Assembly (NCBI GenBank): GCA_046261995.1
Contig: JBHENP010000016.1
Span: forward strand, 9,098-73,097
Origin: Pyrinomonadaceae bacterium
GTDB lineage: Bacteria > Acidobacteriota > Blastocatellia > Pyrinomonadales > Pyrinomonadaceae
Direction of reading: 5' to 3'
DNA: 64,000 nt
Notes under the pieces: model-generated
What the model was told of the DNA's origin: nothing
The model's database searches: none
The model's input: only the letters and a program-made list of their open reading frames with translations
Translations under genes and position numbers: made by a program
Part shown: one piece after another, positions 43,040 through 52,930 of the stretch
Position numbering within the stretch: the stretch's first letter is position 1
How the letters are laid out: the number at the start of each line of letters is the position of its first letter

Positions 43040-43075
43040 CCTTAACCTTCATAACTCATTAGCCGGAGGTTCAAG

Positions 43076-43291
43076 ATGAACATTAAAGACGTACTGGCCG
43101 TGATCGTGGGCTTGGCAGCGGGCGTGGGTGCGATCTATTACTTCTACAAGTTCGTGACTCACACGGAAGCCGAGGGCGGTCAGAATTTGGGCTGGATTTC
43201 GCTCGGGTTGGCAGCCATAGCCTTCGTGTGCGGGCTCGTCTATTTCCTGGGTCACGTTAACAAGGAAGAGGAGATTCATATCACGCAATAG
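43076..43291 (+). CDS. hypothetical small membrane protein (2 TM)
   Basis: 71 aa with GGAGG 6 nt upstream of the ATG. Two hydrophobic helices. Confidence 0.55.
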   Translation: MNIKDVLAVIVGLAAGVGAIYYFYKFVTHTEAEGGQNLGWISLGLAAIAFVCGLVYFLGHVNKEEEIHITQ

Positions 43292-43397
43292 GCCTCTGAG
43301 CTTTGCGTCACCATTCCGCGCTGGCTTGGTGTTAACTATCTCCAAGCGGTGCTGATGGCGTTCCAGTTTCTACTTCCAAACACATTAAGCCTTTGAC

Positions 43398-43455
43398 GCC
43401 GTTTGCGCATAATGTTGGCGGGCTTCTGACGTGCGCAAACGGCGCTTAGTTTTAT
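43398..43455 (+). terminator. terminator-like hairpin
   Basis: GCCGTTTGCGCA - 22 nt - TGCGCAAACGGC (12 bp) followed by GCTTAGTTTTATTG. Confidence 0.4.
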
Positions 43456-43480
43456 TGTTAGGCATAAACCCCGAGGAGAC

Positions 43481-43834
43481 GTGGTGATGATCTTAATGTT
43501 GGCAATACTCGCACAGACGGAGACGACGTTTCGTGAGCCTGGTTACTTCGCTCCGGTGATGCTCGGCCTGTTGGTTTTGGGCGCCGTCGCCTGGTTGATC
43601 GCGGCGGTCCTGGGATTTGCCCGAGCGCGAGCCTTTGGTCCATCAGCACGGTGGTTTTCATTTGCAGCCGTGTGCCTGATTTTGTTTCATCTCCAGTTCA
43701 TCGTGCTTGGTTTCAGTCTCCTGACCAAAGACAACACCCTGATCTTTGGGATCCTGACGTTCTTTAATGTGTTCGTGTTGCTGGGAGCGGTCTGCGCTAT
43801 CATGGGTTTTATTCGACTGACCAGCCCGCGCTAG
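43481..43834 (+). CDS. hypothetical membrane protein (about 4 TM)
   Basis: 117 aa with GAGGAG at 43473..43478. The start could be GTG 43481, GTG 43484 or ATG 43487. Confidence 0.5.
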   Translation: MVMILMLAILAQTETTFREPGYFAPVMLGLLVLGAVAWLIAAVLGFARARAFGPSARWFSFAAVCLILFHLQFIVLGFSLLTKDNTLIFGILTFFNVFVLLGAVCAIMGFIRLTSPR

Positions 43835-43859
43835 AACGTTGTTTTTTTAGTTCGCTTAG

Positions 43860-45659
43860 ATGGCAAAGAGACTCCTGATAATAGCCGCGCTCGCAGTTAT
43901 TGTGAGCGCGGCATTTCTATTCTCTCGTGGTCCATCGGATCCCGATGGACGGGCAACAATCAAAGGGTTCGTCCAAACTCGGGGTAGCCGTTTCGTAGTT
44001 GACGGAGAGCCATTCCGCTTCGTAGGCGCGAACGTCGCGATCATGTACCGGGATGATGACCGGGAACGGATGCCGGAAACAATGCGGCAAGCTGCGCAAG
44101 CGGGTATGCGCGTAGTGCGGGTCTGGGCTTTTGGCGAAGGTGGTCCGGGTGACGTGGGGCCGCTGGCGGACTTTGCCGATTGGCCACGGACTCACCCGTT
44201 TCGCACTCGCCCCGGTGAGTGGAACGAAGATGCGTTTCAGCACCTCGACAAGGTGATCATCGAAGCCCAACGCAACAATATCCGCGTGCAGCTCTGTCTG
44301 ACAAACTGGTGGCGTGACACCGGCGGTGTCTCCCAGTATTTGCGCTGGGCTGGAATCAACGACGCCGACGATGATCGGTTTCCTTTCGGCATTAACCCTG
44401 AGCGCGCCATGCTTTTTTACACCAACGAAACCGCGCGGCGGCTTTATCGCGAGCATCTGGAAAAGTTAGCAACCCGTCGGAATACTGTAACCGGAATCTT
44501 GTACCGGGATGACCCGACGATTTTTGGTTGGGAGTTGATGAATGAAGCGCAGGCTGTGACAGGCCGTTGGGCGGAACGGCGGGCATGGATCGCAGAGATG
44601 AGTGCTTATTTGAAATCGCTGGATCCAAATCACATCATCGCACCGGGCACATGGGGATATCGAACGGCCCCGGAGCGAAGGGAATGGCTGGCAGATCACC
44701 GGTTACCCAACATCGACTACTGTGACGTGCACAACTACCCACGCCCTGATGAAGATAGCTTTGTGGACTCGCCGGCTGCGCTGCGCGATTTCATCGACAA
44801 TCGGGCAGCGGCAGCGTTCTCCATCAACAAGCCACTCGTATTTGGAGAGTTCGGCATGGGCCCGGAAGGCTATAAGAACTTCACCCAGGTTGAATGGTTC
44901 AGAGCATTCCTGGAGGGCAACCTTCGCGCAGGCGCCGGCGGGGCGATGTTTTGGATTTTGACACCTGACCCGCAGCGCGGCTACGGGGTGGTTTATTCCA
45001 ACCAGCGCGATCAGGGATTGCTCGAAGAAGTTAGGCGTGCGGCACGGGCCTTCGACTCCTTGAGGTCAGCCGATCCACCCGAGCGATTAACTGACCCTGG
45101 GCGCCACCTGATACCACGTCAGTTTGTGTGGACCAGGGCTCCTGGGGATCCTGCGACTTTGCCGCAGATAATAGTCAGAGAAGACAAGTCGATTCTCTAT
45201 CGCTTCAAACCGAACATGGCGGCTAGCGCGCGTTTCGAAAAACTGGGTAGTGGGCCGGGGTATGTCTGGGGTGGCGGCGCCGGATCTTTTGAGTACCTCA
45301 TACCAGCTCGTGAAGACTGGCGGCGAGTCAGTCAGATAATTGTGAGGGCGCACTTGCAACCGGTCTTGCCCACCGATGCTAAGCCGCAAGACATTAAAAC
45401 CCGCGTCACTTTGTTCGTGGACGGCTACAACTGCGGCTCGCGGCTGATTCCTGTCCCCGATCCAAAGACACCTCTGATTCAGACGTGGAGCGTGGAGGGA
45501 TTCCTGACTCGGCTGCAGGCCACGCGTGGATCGCCACTAAAAATTCGGTTTGCCGTGACACCTGACTCAGATTGGCTTTATGGGATTAACATTTCGAACT
45601 GGCCGGAAGGATACGAAGCGAACGATGCAAAGCCCGTTGAGGTCGAAGTGAGGCATTGA
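43860..45659 (+). CDS. glycoside hydrolase family 5-like (mannanase/cellulase-type) with an uncharacterised C-terminal domain
   Basis: Signal/anchor N-terminus, FRFVGANV, VVRVWAFGEG, acid/base context WELMNEAQ and nucleophile context VFGEFG. A ~200-aa C-terminal region has no recognised motif. Confidence 0.7.
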   Translation: MAKRLLIIAALAVIVSAAFLFSRGPSDPDGRATIKGFVQTRGSRFVVDGEPFRFVGANVAIMYRDDDRERMPETMRQAAQAGMRVVRVWAFGEGGPGDVGPLADFADWPRTHPFRTRPGEWNEDAFQHLDKVIIEAQRNNIRVQLCLTNWWRDTGGVSQYLRWAGINDADDDRFPFGINPERAMLFYTNETARRLYREHLEKLATRRNTVTGILYRDDPTIFGWELMNEAQAVTGRWAERRAWIAEMSAYLKSLDPNHIIAPGTWGYRTAPERREWLADHRLPNIDYCDVHNYPRPDEDSFVDSPAALRDFIDNRAAAAFSINKPLVFGEFGMGPEGYKNFTQVEWFRAFLEGNLRAGAGGAMFWILTPDPQRGYGVVYSNQRDQGLLEEVRRAARAFDSLRSADPPERLTDPGRHLIPRQFVWTRAPGDPATLPQIIVREDKSILYRFKPNMAASARFEKLGSGPGYVWGGGAGSFEYLIPAREDWRRVSQIIVRAHLQPVLPTDAKPQDIKTRVTLFVDGYNCGSRLIPVPDPKTPLIQTWSVEGFLTRLQATRGSPLKIRFAVTPDSDWLYGINISNWPEGYEANDAKPVEVEVRH

Positions 45660-45711
45660 GGAGAACGAGCGGGTGAAATTAGAGTCGGTGGAGGATATTA
45701 GTCAACAAATG

Positions 45712-45847
45712 GAAATTCGCAGGTTGGGAAGGGTGGTTTACCCCCGCTCAAGATTCGCATTGATTCTTCCTTGAAGGGCTAATTCACTTTTGAGTGGTTG
45801 CGAATCTTGAGCGGGGGTAAAACCGCCCTTCCCAACCTGCGAATTTC
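45712..45847. repeat. MITE-like element with ~48-nt terminal inverted repeats
   Basis: GAAATTCGCAGGTTGGGAAGGGTGGTTTACCCCCGCTCAAGATTCGCA (45712..45759) pairs with 45799..45847 with one mismatch and one 1-nt indel. The spacer is 39 nt. Confidence 0.88.
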
Positions 45848-45865
45848 TATCAATTGAGTCGTAGC

Positions 45866-47590
45866 TTATTTGTTGATCGTTTCTGCAACAACCGCAACCG
45901 CGGCGTGGTCCAGTAAATAGACAGTCACTGCGGGCACGCTCCCCAACGCAACTTGGAACGTGGGAGGGGTTGTTAGTTTTAAGGCAGAGATAAGAGCGTC
46001 ATTACTGAAGTATCGTCGTCCCCGCGCGTCAACCAAAAAGTCCCCATCACTCAATTGCTTCAAAGCCTCGGGATCCGAGAGCGAAATAAAAACCATATCG
46101 GAACGACCGGCGCGCTCTGCATAGTACGAGGCCAGACCAGGCGTTTCGGTCGCCACTCTCGCTCCGGGTTGGGCACGCCTAGCAATCTCAGCTATCACCT
46201 CGCGCATACTTGCATCGTAAAACTCGTCGTGGGGAAAGTAAGAACCTGCTTTACCCATCCCTCCGCCAAGAACATTTGTATACAGCCGGAAATACGGTGC
46301 TGCGCCCGCAGAGGCCACGATTGAACCGAGGACAAGTGCCAGTGCCAGGGCCGCCCTGACATAAACGCTGGTCCGTTGACTTGAAAGCAGTGCTGCGAGT
46401 TGTTGCGCTATCCAACGTCCCACAAACTGCACGCCTACGGCCGCGGTGATTAATACAGCGGGCAACACTAGCGTGAAGTAACGGGTAAACTTCCCACCCA
46501 CGAACACGAAACTCATGACCCACACAAACAGCCAGAAGAGAATGAAGTAGCGCCCATCACCGAGCTTGCGGCGAAAAAGCAAAGGTAAACCTGCCACAAA
46601 TGCTGCTACTGTAAGCAAAGGCAGTTTGACAGTAAGAAAGATAAAGTAGAGGTACCACGGGGTACCCGCCAACCAGTCAGTCATACGGTGGCTATAAAGC
46701 TTGCCCATAAACTCGTAACCGTCGTGTCCAATTCGTTTCTGGCCAGCGAAGATTCCCATCTCCCGCCACGTAGCGGGCAGTAGTGCGGTTGGGCTAAGCA
46801 GGAGAAACACCGCGCTCATAATCAGGATGACGATCAGAAACTTTCTCTTGCCCAAACGCCAACGAGTTTCGGGGATGGCCTGAAACATCCAGTAGTAACA
46901 AATACTGACGGTAATAAGTTGAGGTAGATATTTAGACGCCATCATCGCGCCGAAGCAGGCGGCGGTGGCCCAGTAATAGCGTTCGGGCTTGCTGCTGGAT
47001 TCAGACTCCGCCACGCGTTGTCCGCGCAGCCAGAAAATGTTGGCCAGGAGAAAGAAGAAGAGGAGGAACGTGTCTTCCTTGGCGATGCGATTAAAACCGA
47101 TCGCCTGCGGATCAAAAGCCCACAGTGCTGCGGCCAGCAAAGCTACCTGCGCACCAAACAATTCCGCGGCGAGTAAATAAATAAGAACTATAGTTAGCGC
47201 GCCAAAGATCGTGCTCGGTAGGCGCAAGGCTGTTTCCGTAGAGATGGTTAAGGATGATTTCTGACTGGCGACGAGTGAGCTATTGTTCCACTTCTCGACG
47301 ACGAAGAGGCTGGCCGTCTGCAGTGCCTTCATCAGCATCGGATGTTCGCCATTTGCTGCGGTCAATCCATTTTGCCGGTAATCGGCAACTGCATTGAGTT
47401 TGTTGAGTTCGTCTTCGCTGAGACCTTCAGCGCTGAGGCCGGAAAGACGGAAACCAAAACCTAACACAACCAGCAAAGCGAGAGTTGCGATCACCAGAGT
47501 CCGACTGGCCGAAAGCACCCCTCGTTCGGCAAACAAATCTGGTCTTAAGCCCGCTGTGACTATTGCTTCCGCTTCCGCCGCCAAATCCAC
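45866..47590 (-). CDS. ArnT/PMT-like (GT39/GT83-type) membrane glycosyltransferase
   Basis: 574 aa with a GTG start. About 11-12 TM helices followed by a soluble C-terminal domain, an architecture typical of polyprenyl-phosphate-dependent glycosyltransferases. The family call is moderate. Confidence 0.7.
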   Translation of the reverse strand: MDLAAEAEAIVTAGLRPDLFAERGVLSASRTLVIATLALLVVLGFGFRLSGLSAEGLSEDELNKLNAVADYRQNGLTAANGEHPMLMKALQTASLFVVEKWNNSSLVASQKSSLTISTETALRLPSTIFGALTIVLIYLLAAELFGAQVALLAAALWAFDPQAIGFNRIAKEDTFLLFFFLLANIFWLRGQRVAESESSSKPERYYWATAACFGAMMASKYLPQLITVSICYYWMFQAIPETRWRLGKRKFLIVILIMSAVFLLLSPTALLPATWREMGIFAGQKRIGHDGYEFMGKLYSHRMTDWLAGTPWYLYFIFLTVKLPLLTVAAFVAGLPLLFRRKLGDGRYFILFWLFVWVMSFVFVGGKFTRYFTLVLPAVLITAAVGVQFVGRWIAQQLAALLSSQRTSVYVRAALALALVLGSIVASAGAAPYFRLYTNVLGGGMGKAGSYFPHDEFYDASMREVIAEIARRAQPGARVATETPGLASYYAERAGRSDMVFISLSDPEALKQLSDGDFLVDARGRRYFSNDALISALKLTTPPTFQVALGSVPAVTVYLLDHAAVAVVAETINK

Positions 47591-47814
47591 ACTCCTCTTC
47601 TGCTGGTGCCATTTGCCCGGGTGAGAAAGGCCCTTGTTGCGTTTGTCTTAGGGGAGAGATTGTCGTCCAACAAAACCCGAAAGGTAGCGCGAATGTTGGT
47701 CGCCACGCAACCCGGGTCAGGGAAGCGTGGAAGTAGGTTAGTTTCAGGGCATCATCTGAAGGAACTTTTCTCTGTTTCCCATGAGCGTGCATACGCTCGA
47801 CCGGGGATTTCAGC

Positions 47815-47930
47815 CACGGATCTACGCGATGGACGCGGATCGGAAAAAAGATCAGTCAAATACCAGGAACGAGTTGTTGTAATTGTCTTCGTTTTCGATG
47901 TGATCGCGTTACCCGCCGCGATCCACGATT
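47815..47930. repeat. degenerate palindromic element (CACGGATC...GATCCACG type)
   Basis: CCACGGATCTACGCGATGGACGCGGATC on the left and GATCGCGTTACCCGCCGCGATCCACGAT on the right. Only partial complementarity. Confidence 0.4.
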
Positions 47931-47944
47931 TATTGACTTGATGT

Positions 47945-48442
47945 TTAAAAAACCTGACCAGCCTTGGTAGTTACCAGCTCGATGATGACATTAATCCCTA
48001 CGCCGAGAGCGATGCCAAGCCAGTATCTCGCTTGCCGCATGGTGCGCCTGAAGCGTAGGAGGGTGGCAATCCCCAATGGGATCCAAAGCAAAATCGATGT
48101 GATCAATCCCGGAAGATACTCGGTGTAGGAGACGCTCAAAATGGTATGAGTGAGACCATTTACTAAAACCACTGAGCCGAGGATAACACTCAGCAGGTTA
48201 GGGAAATGAAGGCGGCGAGCCAGAACGATCCCTACTATCATTAAGGCCAGTCCGACAGACTGGACCACCAAAAATCTCGTCGGAGAAAGTTGGACACCTC
48301 TCAGTCTCAGAAGGTAGGTTGAGTAGCCTTCGCCACCCCAGTACTCTTCAGTGACGTGGAGCAAATAAGTAAGGGGAAACAGCCAGGACCAAAGAGTGGT
48401 TGATGTGGTAGAAGGTTGGTGCTTATCCTGGTTGGGAATCAT
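47945..48442 (-). CDS. HXXEE domain membrane protein
   Basis: 165 aa with an HVTEEYWGG motif near the N-terminus and 4-5 TM helices. Confidence 0.7.
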   Translation of the reverse strand: MIPNQDKHQPSTTSTTLWSWLFPLTYLLHVTEEYWGGEGYSTYLLRLRGVQLSPTRFLVVQSVGLALMIVGIVLARRLHFPNLLSVILGSVVLVNGLTHTILSVSYTEYLPGLITSILLWIPLGIATLLRFRRTMRQARYWLGIALGVGINVIIELVTTKAGQVF

Positions 48443-48519
48443 TATTGAGCAGCATGTGGAAGGATGGCCAAATTCCTGCTTGCAGTGTTATACCAGAGCG
48501 GCAACAGACTTTGCACAAG

Positions 48520-48699
48520 GCTTCACCCCGTCACGGGGTGACATGTTTATAGACTGCGCAGAGACCAACCCTCCGGCGCCGTGCGAAGGGGCGGACGTCA
48601 AGTTGAGTGAGACCGTTTAAGTTGTTCCGCCCCTTCGCACGGCGTCTGAGTCGTAGTGCTTATTCTAATCTATAAACATGTCACCTAACGGGGTGAAGC
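48520..48699. repeat. MITE-like nested palindromic element
   Basis: Outer arms GCTTCACCCCG..GGTGACATGTTTATAGA and TCTATAAACATGTCACC..CGGGGTGAAGC. Inner perfect 19-bp inverted repeat CGCCGTGCGAAGGGGCGGA (48577..48595) with 48626..48644. Confidence 0.88.
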
Positions 48700-48724
48700 T
48701 CTCCATAAATTCAAAGAGAAGCTA

Positions 48725-50086
48725 ATGGACAATTCTTCCCCACAACAAACCGAGCCGCGATTGGTGCGCCGTCTGGGATTATTTGATGCCACGATGATCG
48801 TGATGGGTGGAATTATCGGTTCCGGCATTTTTATGAACCCTTATGTGGTAGCGCGACAGGTCAATACCCCATTTCTCATTCTAGGCGTCTGGGCCCTGGG
48901 CGGATTGATCGCGTTGACCGCGGCATTTATCTGGGCCGAACTGGCCGCGCTACGACCGGAGGTGGGCGGCCAGTACGCATATCTGCGTGAAGCTTTTCAC
49001 CCGTCAGTCGCGTTCCTGTACGGCTGGGCCTTATTGCTGGTTATTCAAACCGGCGGTATGGCGGCCGTCGCAGTTACCTTTGCTCGTTACTTCGTTGAAC
49101 TAACCAACGTTCCGATCGCCGACTGGTCAGTTGCAGTTCTCGCGCTCGCGAGTCTAACTGTTATTAATTGTCTCGGCGTTCGCTCGGGTAGCACGGTGCA
49201 GAGCGTGTTGATGGTTCTAAAGATCATTGCGATCATTGCGCTAATCGTTTGTGGTCTACTGCTGGCAGGGACCACGAGCGCACCAGCCACCCCAACACCG
49301 GGACTGTTGGGCCGACCATTTTCATTTGATCTACTGACCGCCGTGGGAGCTGCCATGGTGCCGGTGCTCTTCGCTTACGGTGGCTGGCAGACAGCGAGCT
49401 TTGTCGCGGGTGAGATACGCGAACCAAGGAAGAACCTTCCGCGGGGGTTGATAATCGGCGTCACCGGCGTAGTGGTCCTTTATCTCGCAGTGAACTTCGT
49501 TTGCCTGCGAGCGCTCGGCGCTTCAGGTCTGGCAGCGACGACTACCCCTGCCTCCGACATCATGCGACTCGCGTTGGGAGAGCCAGGCGCTCGCGCGATT
49601 GCCGCCGGCATTGCCATCTCGACGCTCGGCTTTTTAAGTCAGGGAATGTTAACAGCGCCGCGCGTCTATTTTGCGATGGCCGAGGACGGCTTGTTCTTCA
49701 AAGCCGTGGGGCGACTCCATCCAAAGACCCACGTGCCGATTGTCGCCATCGCGTTGCAGGGTCTGTTGGCCATCGTTATCGCTCTCTCGGGACGGTACGA
49801 GCAGATTTTAAACTATGTAGTTTCGGTAGACTTCATCTTCTTCGGTTTAACTGCGGCGTGCATCTTCGTGTTTAGGAGACGAAAAGATAAGCGGGACAAG
49901 GGCGAAAGGAACGCGATTACCAGCGTGCCCGGACATCCATTTACTACGGGCCTGTTTGTCGTGATCTGTTGGGGGGTGGTGATCAATACGGTCTACAAGT
50001 ATCCGGAGAACACGTTAATCGGCCTGGTGATTCTCCTCGCCGGAATACCCGCGTACTTTTTCTGGCGAGGGAGAAAGATGGCATGA
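48725..50086 (+). CDS. APC superfamily amino acid permease
   Basis: 453 aa with 12 predicted TM helices. N-terminal GGIIGSGIF motif. Confidence 0.9.
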   Translation: MDNSSPQQTEPRLVRRLGLFDATMIVMGGIIGSGIFMNPYVVARQVNTPFLILGVWALGGLIALTAAFIWAELAALRPEVGGQYAYLREAFHPSVAFLYGWALLLVIQTGGMAAVAVTFARYFVELTNVPIADWSVAVLALASLTVINCLGVRSGSTVQSVLMVLKIIAIIALIVCGLLLAGTTSAPATPTPGLLGRPFSFDLLTAVGAAMVPVLFAYGGWQTASFVAGEIREPRKNLPRGLIIGVTGVVVLYLAVNFVCLRALGASGLAATTTPASDIMRLALGEPGARAIAAGIAISTLGFLSQGMLTAPRVYFAMAEDGLFFKAVGRLHPKTHVPIVAIALQGLLAIVIALSGRYEQILNYVVSVDFIFFGLTAACIFVFRRRKDKRDKGERNAITSVPGHPFTTGLFVVICWGVVINTVYKYPENTLIGLVILLAGIPAYFFWRGRKMA

Positions 50087-51174
50087 GCGGAGCACGACGG
50101 GTAATGGGCTCCGAGTATATGCACTGGGCGAAGACGCGTTCGAGTGCTCGGTTTAATCTGGCCATCAGCGGTTTGGGAAATTTGCCTCTTAGTAATCTGG
50201 GTGCCGGCATTGAGGATCTGGAGCTTACACGTGGCGGGGGCTATGGCTACGAGCCGCTGCAACAGGCACTGGCGCGGAGATTGAATGTCAGCGCTGATTC
50301 GATTGTCGCGGCCATTGGCACCTCCTTGGCAAATCATCTGGCCATGGCATATCTGGTAAAGCCGGGAGATGAGGTACTAATTGAGCGTCCTACGTACGAG
50401 CCATTGCTGGCCCTGGCTGAATATCTCGGCGCGAAGGTACGACGTTTCGACCGGCGCTTCGAGGAAGGTTTCAGAATTCTCCCGGATGAAATTGAACGGA
50501 ACATCAGCCCACGCACTCGTCTAATCGTAATAACCAATCTCCACAATCCATCGGGCATTCTGGCCGATGACGATACTCTTCGGCACGTTGGCGCGATCGC
50601 CCACCGTGTAAACGCCCGTTTGCTTGTTGATGAGGTGTATCTGGAAGCGTTGTTTGAAAACCCGGTGCGCACCTGTTTCCACCTTGGGAACGAGTTCGTG
50701 ATTACCAGCAGTTTGACAAAGGCTTTCGGGCTTAGCGGACTTCGCTGCGGCTGGATCGTGGCCGAGCCGGATGTGGCAGAGGGCATCTGGCGCCTCAACG
50801 ACCTGTTTGGCGTAATGGCGGCACATCCAGCGGAACGGTTGAGCGTTATTGCCCTGCAACAACTCGATCAAATTTCCACACGGGCCCGGGCATTACTGCA
50901 AGCCAATCACGACTTGGTTAATCAATTCCTCGATTCACGCGATGAGCTTGAAGCTGTGAGACCGGGATTCGGTACGATCGTTTTTCCGCGAGTGAAGAAA
51001 GGGACCACCGAAGAGTTGATTGCTGTGCTTAGAACAAAATACGAAACATCGGTTGTGCCTGGAAGTTTCTTTGAGATGCCCGCCCATTTTCGTCTGGGAT
51101 TCGCCGGCGATACCGAAACGCTTACCGCGGGCTTAGAAAGATTGAGTGCTGCCCTGGATGAAGTTGCGCGCTAA
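50083..51174 (+). CDS. class I/II pyridoxal-phosphate-dependent aminotransferase
   Basis: Its ATG overlaps the permease stop (ATGA). NLHNPSG and SLTKAFGLSGLRCGW (PLP-Lys context). The track N-terminal extension is discarded. Confidence 0.85.
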   Translation: MSGARRVMGSEYMHWAKTRSSARFNLAISGLGNLPLSNLGAGIEDLELTRGGGYGYEPLQQALARRLNVSADSIVAAIGTSLANHLAMAYLVKPGDEVLIERPTYEPLLALAEYLGAKVRRFDRRFEEGFRILPDEIERNISPRTRLIVITNLHNPSGILADDDTLRHVGAIAHRVNARLLVDEVYLEALFENPVRTCFHLGNEFVITSSLTKAFGLSGLRCGWIVAEPDVAEGIWRLNDLFGVMAAHPAERLSVIALQQLDQISTRARALLQANHDLVNQFLDSRDELEAVRPGFGTIVFPRVKKGTTEELIAVLRTKYETSVVPGSFFEMPAHFRLGFAGDTETLTAGLERLSAALDEVAR

Positions 51175-51298
51175 AGAAATACTTTCAACATTTCTGTCCT
51201 TAGTGGTAGCCGCGATCAATTTCGATTTTTTCTTAGCTTCTACCCGCGTAGTGGTACTGGCCTCATCGGATGCGGCATGAGTGACAGGTTGCCAACAG

Positions 51299-51368
51299 AC
51301 GATCCACGAAATCGCACGAAATGACATTAAGAGAATTTCGTGTCGATTCGTGTGATTTCGTGGATCGT
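51299..51368. repeat. palindromic element family B (GATCCACGAAATCACACGAA type), copy 1
   Basis: ACGATCCACGAAATCGCACGAAATGACA ... TGTCGATTCGTGTGATTTCGTGGATCGT. Confidence 0.85.
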
Positions 51369-51454
51369 TTATGTCGGTCGGAGAATCCTTAACACGCTCG
51401 AAAGAGGTGTTGCTTGGCAAGAAGCGAGAATGAAGCGCACGCATAAAGCGAGTC

Positions 51455-52126
51455 TTACTTTTGTGGCAGTTGCATCGCCGCTACCAGAAGCCAATCGTGA
51501 ACGCGTTCGGCCGCTTCTACGCCAGCGGCCTCGACTGTGATCTTGATCGGCGGGCCGTTGGGCCAATTGTCCTTCCGCATTTTCGCCCCGCCGATAGCCT
51601 GATAGTAAACCTTGCCTTTGGTCTTTAGCTCACCAGTGCCCGGCGCAAACACGAAGTACTTGACCTCCAGATCCGGCGAGTTGAGAACCAGGCTGCCTTC
51701 CTGAAAGTTGTCAATTTCAAACTGCAACAAGACCACGAACGACTCTGCTTCTTCCCGGGCGCGCAGTATTGCCTGCTGACGTTTTGCGTCTCCGATCGAC
51801 GTGCCGCTGACATTTGTGAATCTATTCAGGTGCTTGATAAAACTCGCGTAGATCGTGGCTTCGCTCGGCAGATGTTTTGAAGTCAACTGTCTCGCGACCA
51901 GCAATGTCACTTTTCGCTCAAGCTTGTGATTGCTTTTTTCGTTTCCGACTATCGGAGCCCTTTCGCTTACGTCCGTAGCGGGCGTCACCGGCGACGCTGC
52001 CCGGGCTTCGGTTCGCGGCGCCCGCCTTCCCGACTGGCCCTTGCAGGGGACAGCTAAGAACCACAGCAACAGAACCAGAATAGAACCCGTAATTCGAGGC
52101 GCTGACGTTGTTCTCCCTCGGTTCAT
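51455..52126 (-). CDS. hypothetical secreted protein
   Basis: ATG at 52126 with GGAGAG 9 nt upstream. Signal peptide (ILVLLLWFLAVPCKGQ). No recognised motif. Confidence 0.55.
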   Translation of the reverse strand: MNRGRTTSAPRITGSILVLLLWFLAVPCKGQSGRRAPRTEARAASPVTPATDVSERAPIVGNEKSNHKLERKVTLLVARQLTSKHLPSEATIYASFIKHLNRFTNVSGTSIGDAKRQQAILRAREEAESFVVLLQFEIDNFQEGSLVLNSPDLEVKYFVFAPGTGELKTKGKVYYQAIGGAKMRKDNWPNGPPIKITVEAAGVEAAERVHDWLLVAAMQLPQK

Positions 52127-52304
52127 TCCGAAACTCTCCGAGAACATTTCTAACGCTTGAGGTTCAACTCGAGCGCGTAATTTTTGAGTGTCTATGTAAA
52201 AGTCCGAAAGTAGTCGTTTCCTCTGATGACAATTTTCGCCGCCTTGTTGCAAGTCTTCTGAACGTATTTGAAAGATAATTCCGGTTCGCGCACACCGCAG
52301 GTTT

Positions 52305-52772
52305 TTAAGCCTTCTGCTTCTTCTGGCTGAGCCGCTTTTCGATTCCGGTCAACCCACGCAGCACGATCAATGCGAGCACGGTAACACCGATGGCCAGCAC
52401 AAACTGGCGCAAGGCCACGCTGATGCCCACCGCCGCACAGAGCAGAATCGACGCTGCTGTGGTAAGTCCCTGGACCTGCTCGCTGCTATCGCGACGAAAG
52501 ATCGTACCAGCTCCCAGGAAGCTTATGCCAGTGACAATCGCTTCGACGATGCGGATGGGGTCTGCGGTGACATTTGTCTTGCCTTCGATGAGAAAACGGA
52601 GGAGCAAGGCATCACCCAGGCCAACGAGCAGAGCGGCGGCGCCGGCCACGAGCATCTGCGTGCGAAAGCCGGCGGGTTTGTCGGCTAACTCCCGCTCAAA
52701 GCCAATCACGCCTCCCAGCAACATGGCAAACGCCACCTCGCCGATGATCTCAAGCTGCATCAACCAGTTCAT
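52305..52772 (-). CDS. mgtC: MgtC/SapB family membrane protein
   Basis: 155 aa. LGGVIGFERELADKPAGFRTQMLV is the typical MgtC N-terminal signature. Confidence 0.85.
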   Translation of the reverse strand: MNWLMQLEIIGEVAFAMLLGGVIGFERELADKPAGFRTQMLVAGAAALLVGLGDALLLRFLIEGKTNVTADPIRIVEAIVTGISFLGAGTIFRRDSSEQVQGLTTAASILLCAAVGISVALRQFVLAIGVTVLALIVLRGLTGIEKRLSQKKQKA

Positions 52773-52797
52773 GTTCTGTTAACCCCCCTCGATAGTT

Positions 52798-52871
52798 GTC
52801 AGTGGTCAGTAGTCAGTGGTCAGTGGTCAGTGGTCAGTGGTCAGTAGTCAGTAGTCAGTAGTCAGTGGTCA
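52798..52871. repeat. perfect-period 7-nt tandem repeat, 10.6 copies of GTCAGT(G/A)
   Basis: Units in order: G A G G G G A A A G, then the partial unit gtca. It lies 26 nt upstream of the mgtC ATG. The inverted partner CCACTGACCACTG at 52917..52929 abuts the hemB stop. Confidence 0.95.
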
Positions 52872-52930
52872 CCAATTCCGAAATATCATCATACACAGAT
52901 TCCGTTCAGCTCTGGGCCACTGACCACTGT

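Noticed and set aside
42679-43075. Expectation of tRNA-Sec (selC) or another known RNA next to selB; also a guanidine/ykkC-type riboswitch before the small membrane genes
   Set aside because: There is no cloverleaf with a UCA anticodon loop or T-loop, and no tmRNA, RNase P, SRP or riboswitch core motifs that I can recognise. The region is kept only as an unassigned structured region.
52798-52871. Regular short repeats that could be mistaken for a CRISPR array
   Set aside because: The units are 7 nt and directly contiguous with no spacers. There are no cas genes. This is a microsatellite-like tandem repeat.
52773-52930. Possible Mg2+ riboswitch (M-box) upstream of mgtC
   Set aside because: The 158-nt leader is almost entirely the heptamer array and its partner. 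No M-box-like conserved core is visible.
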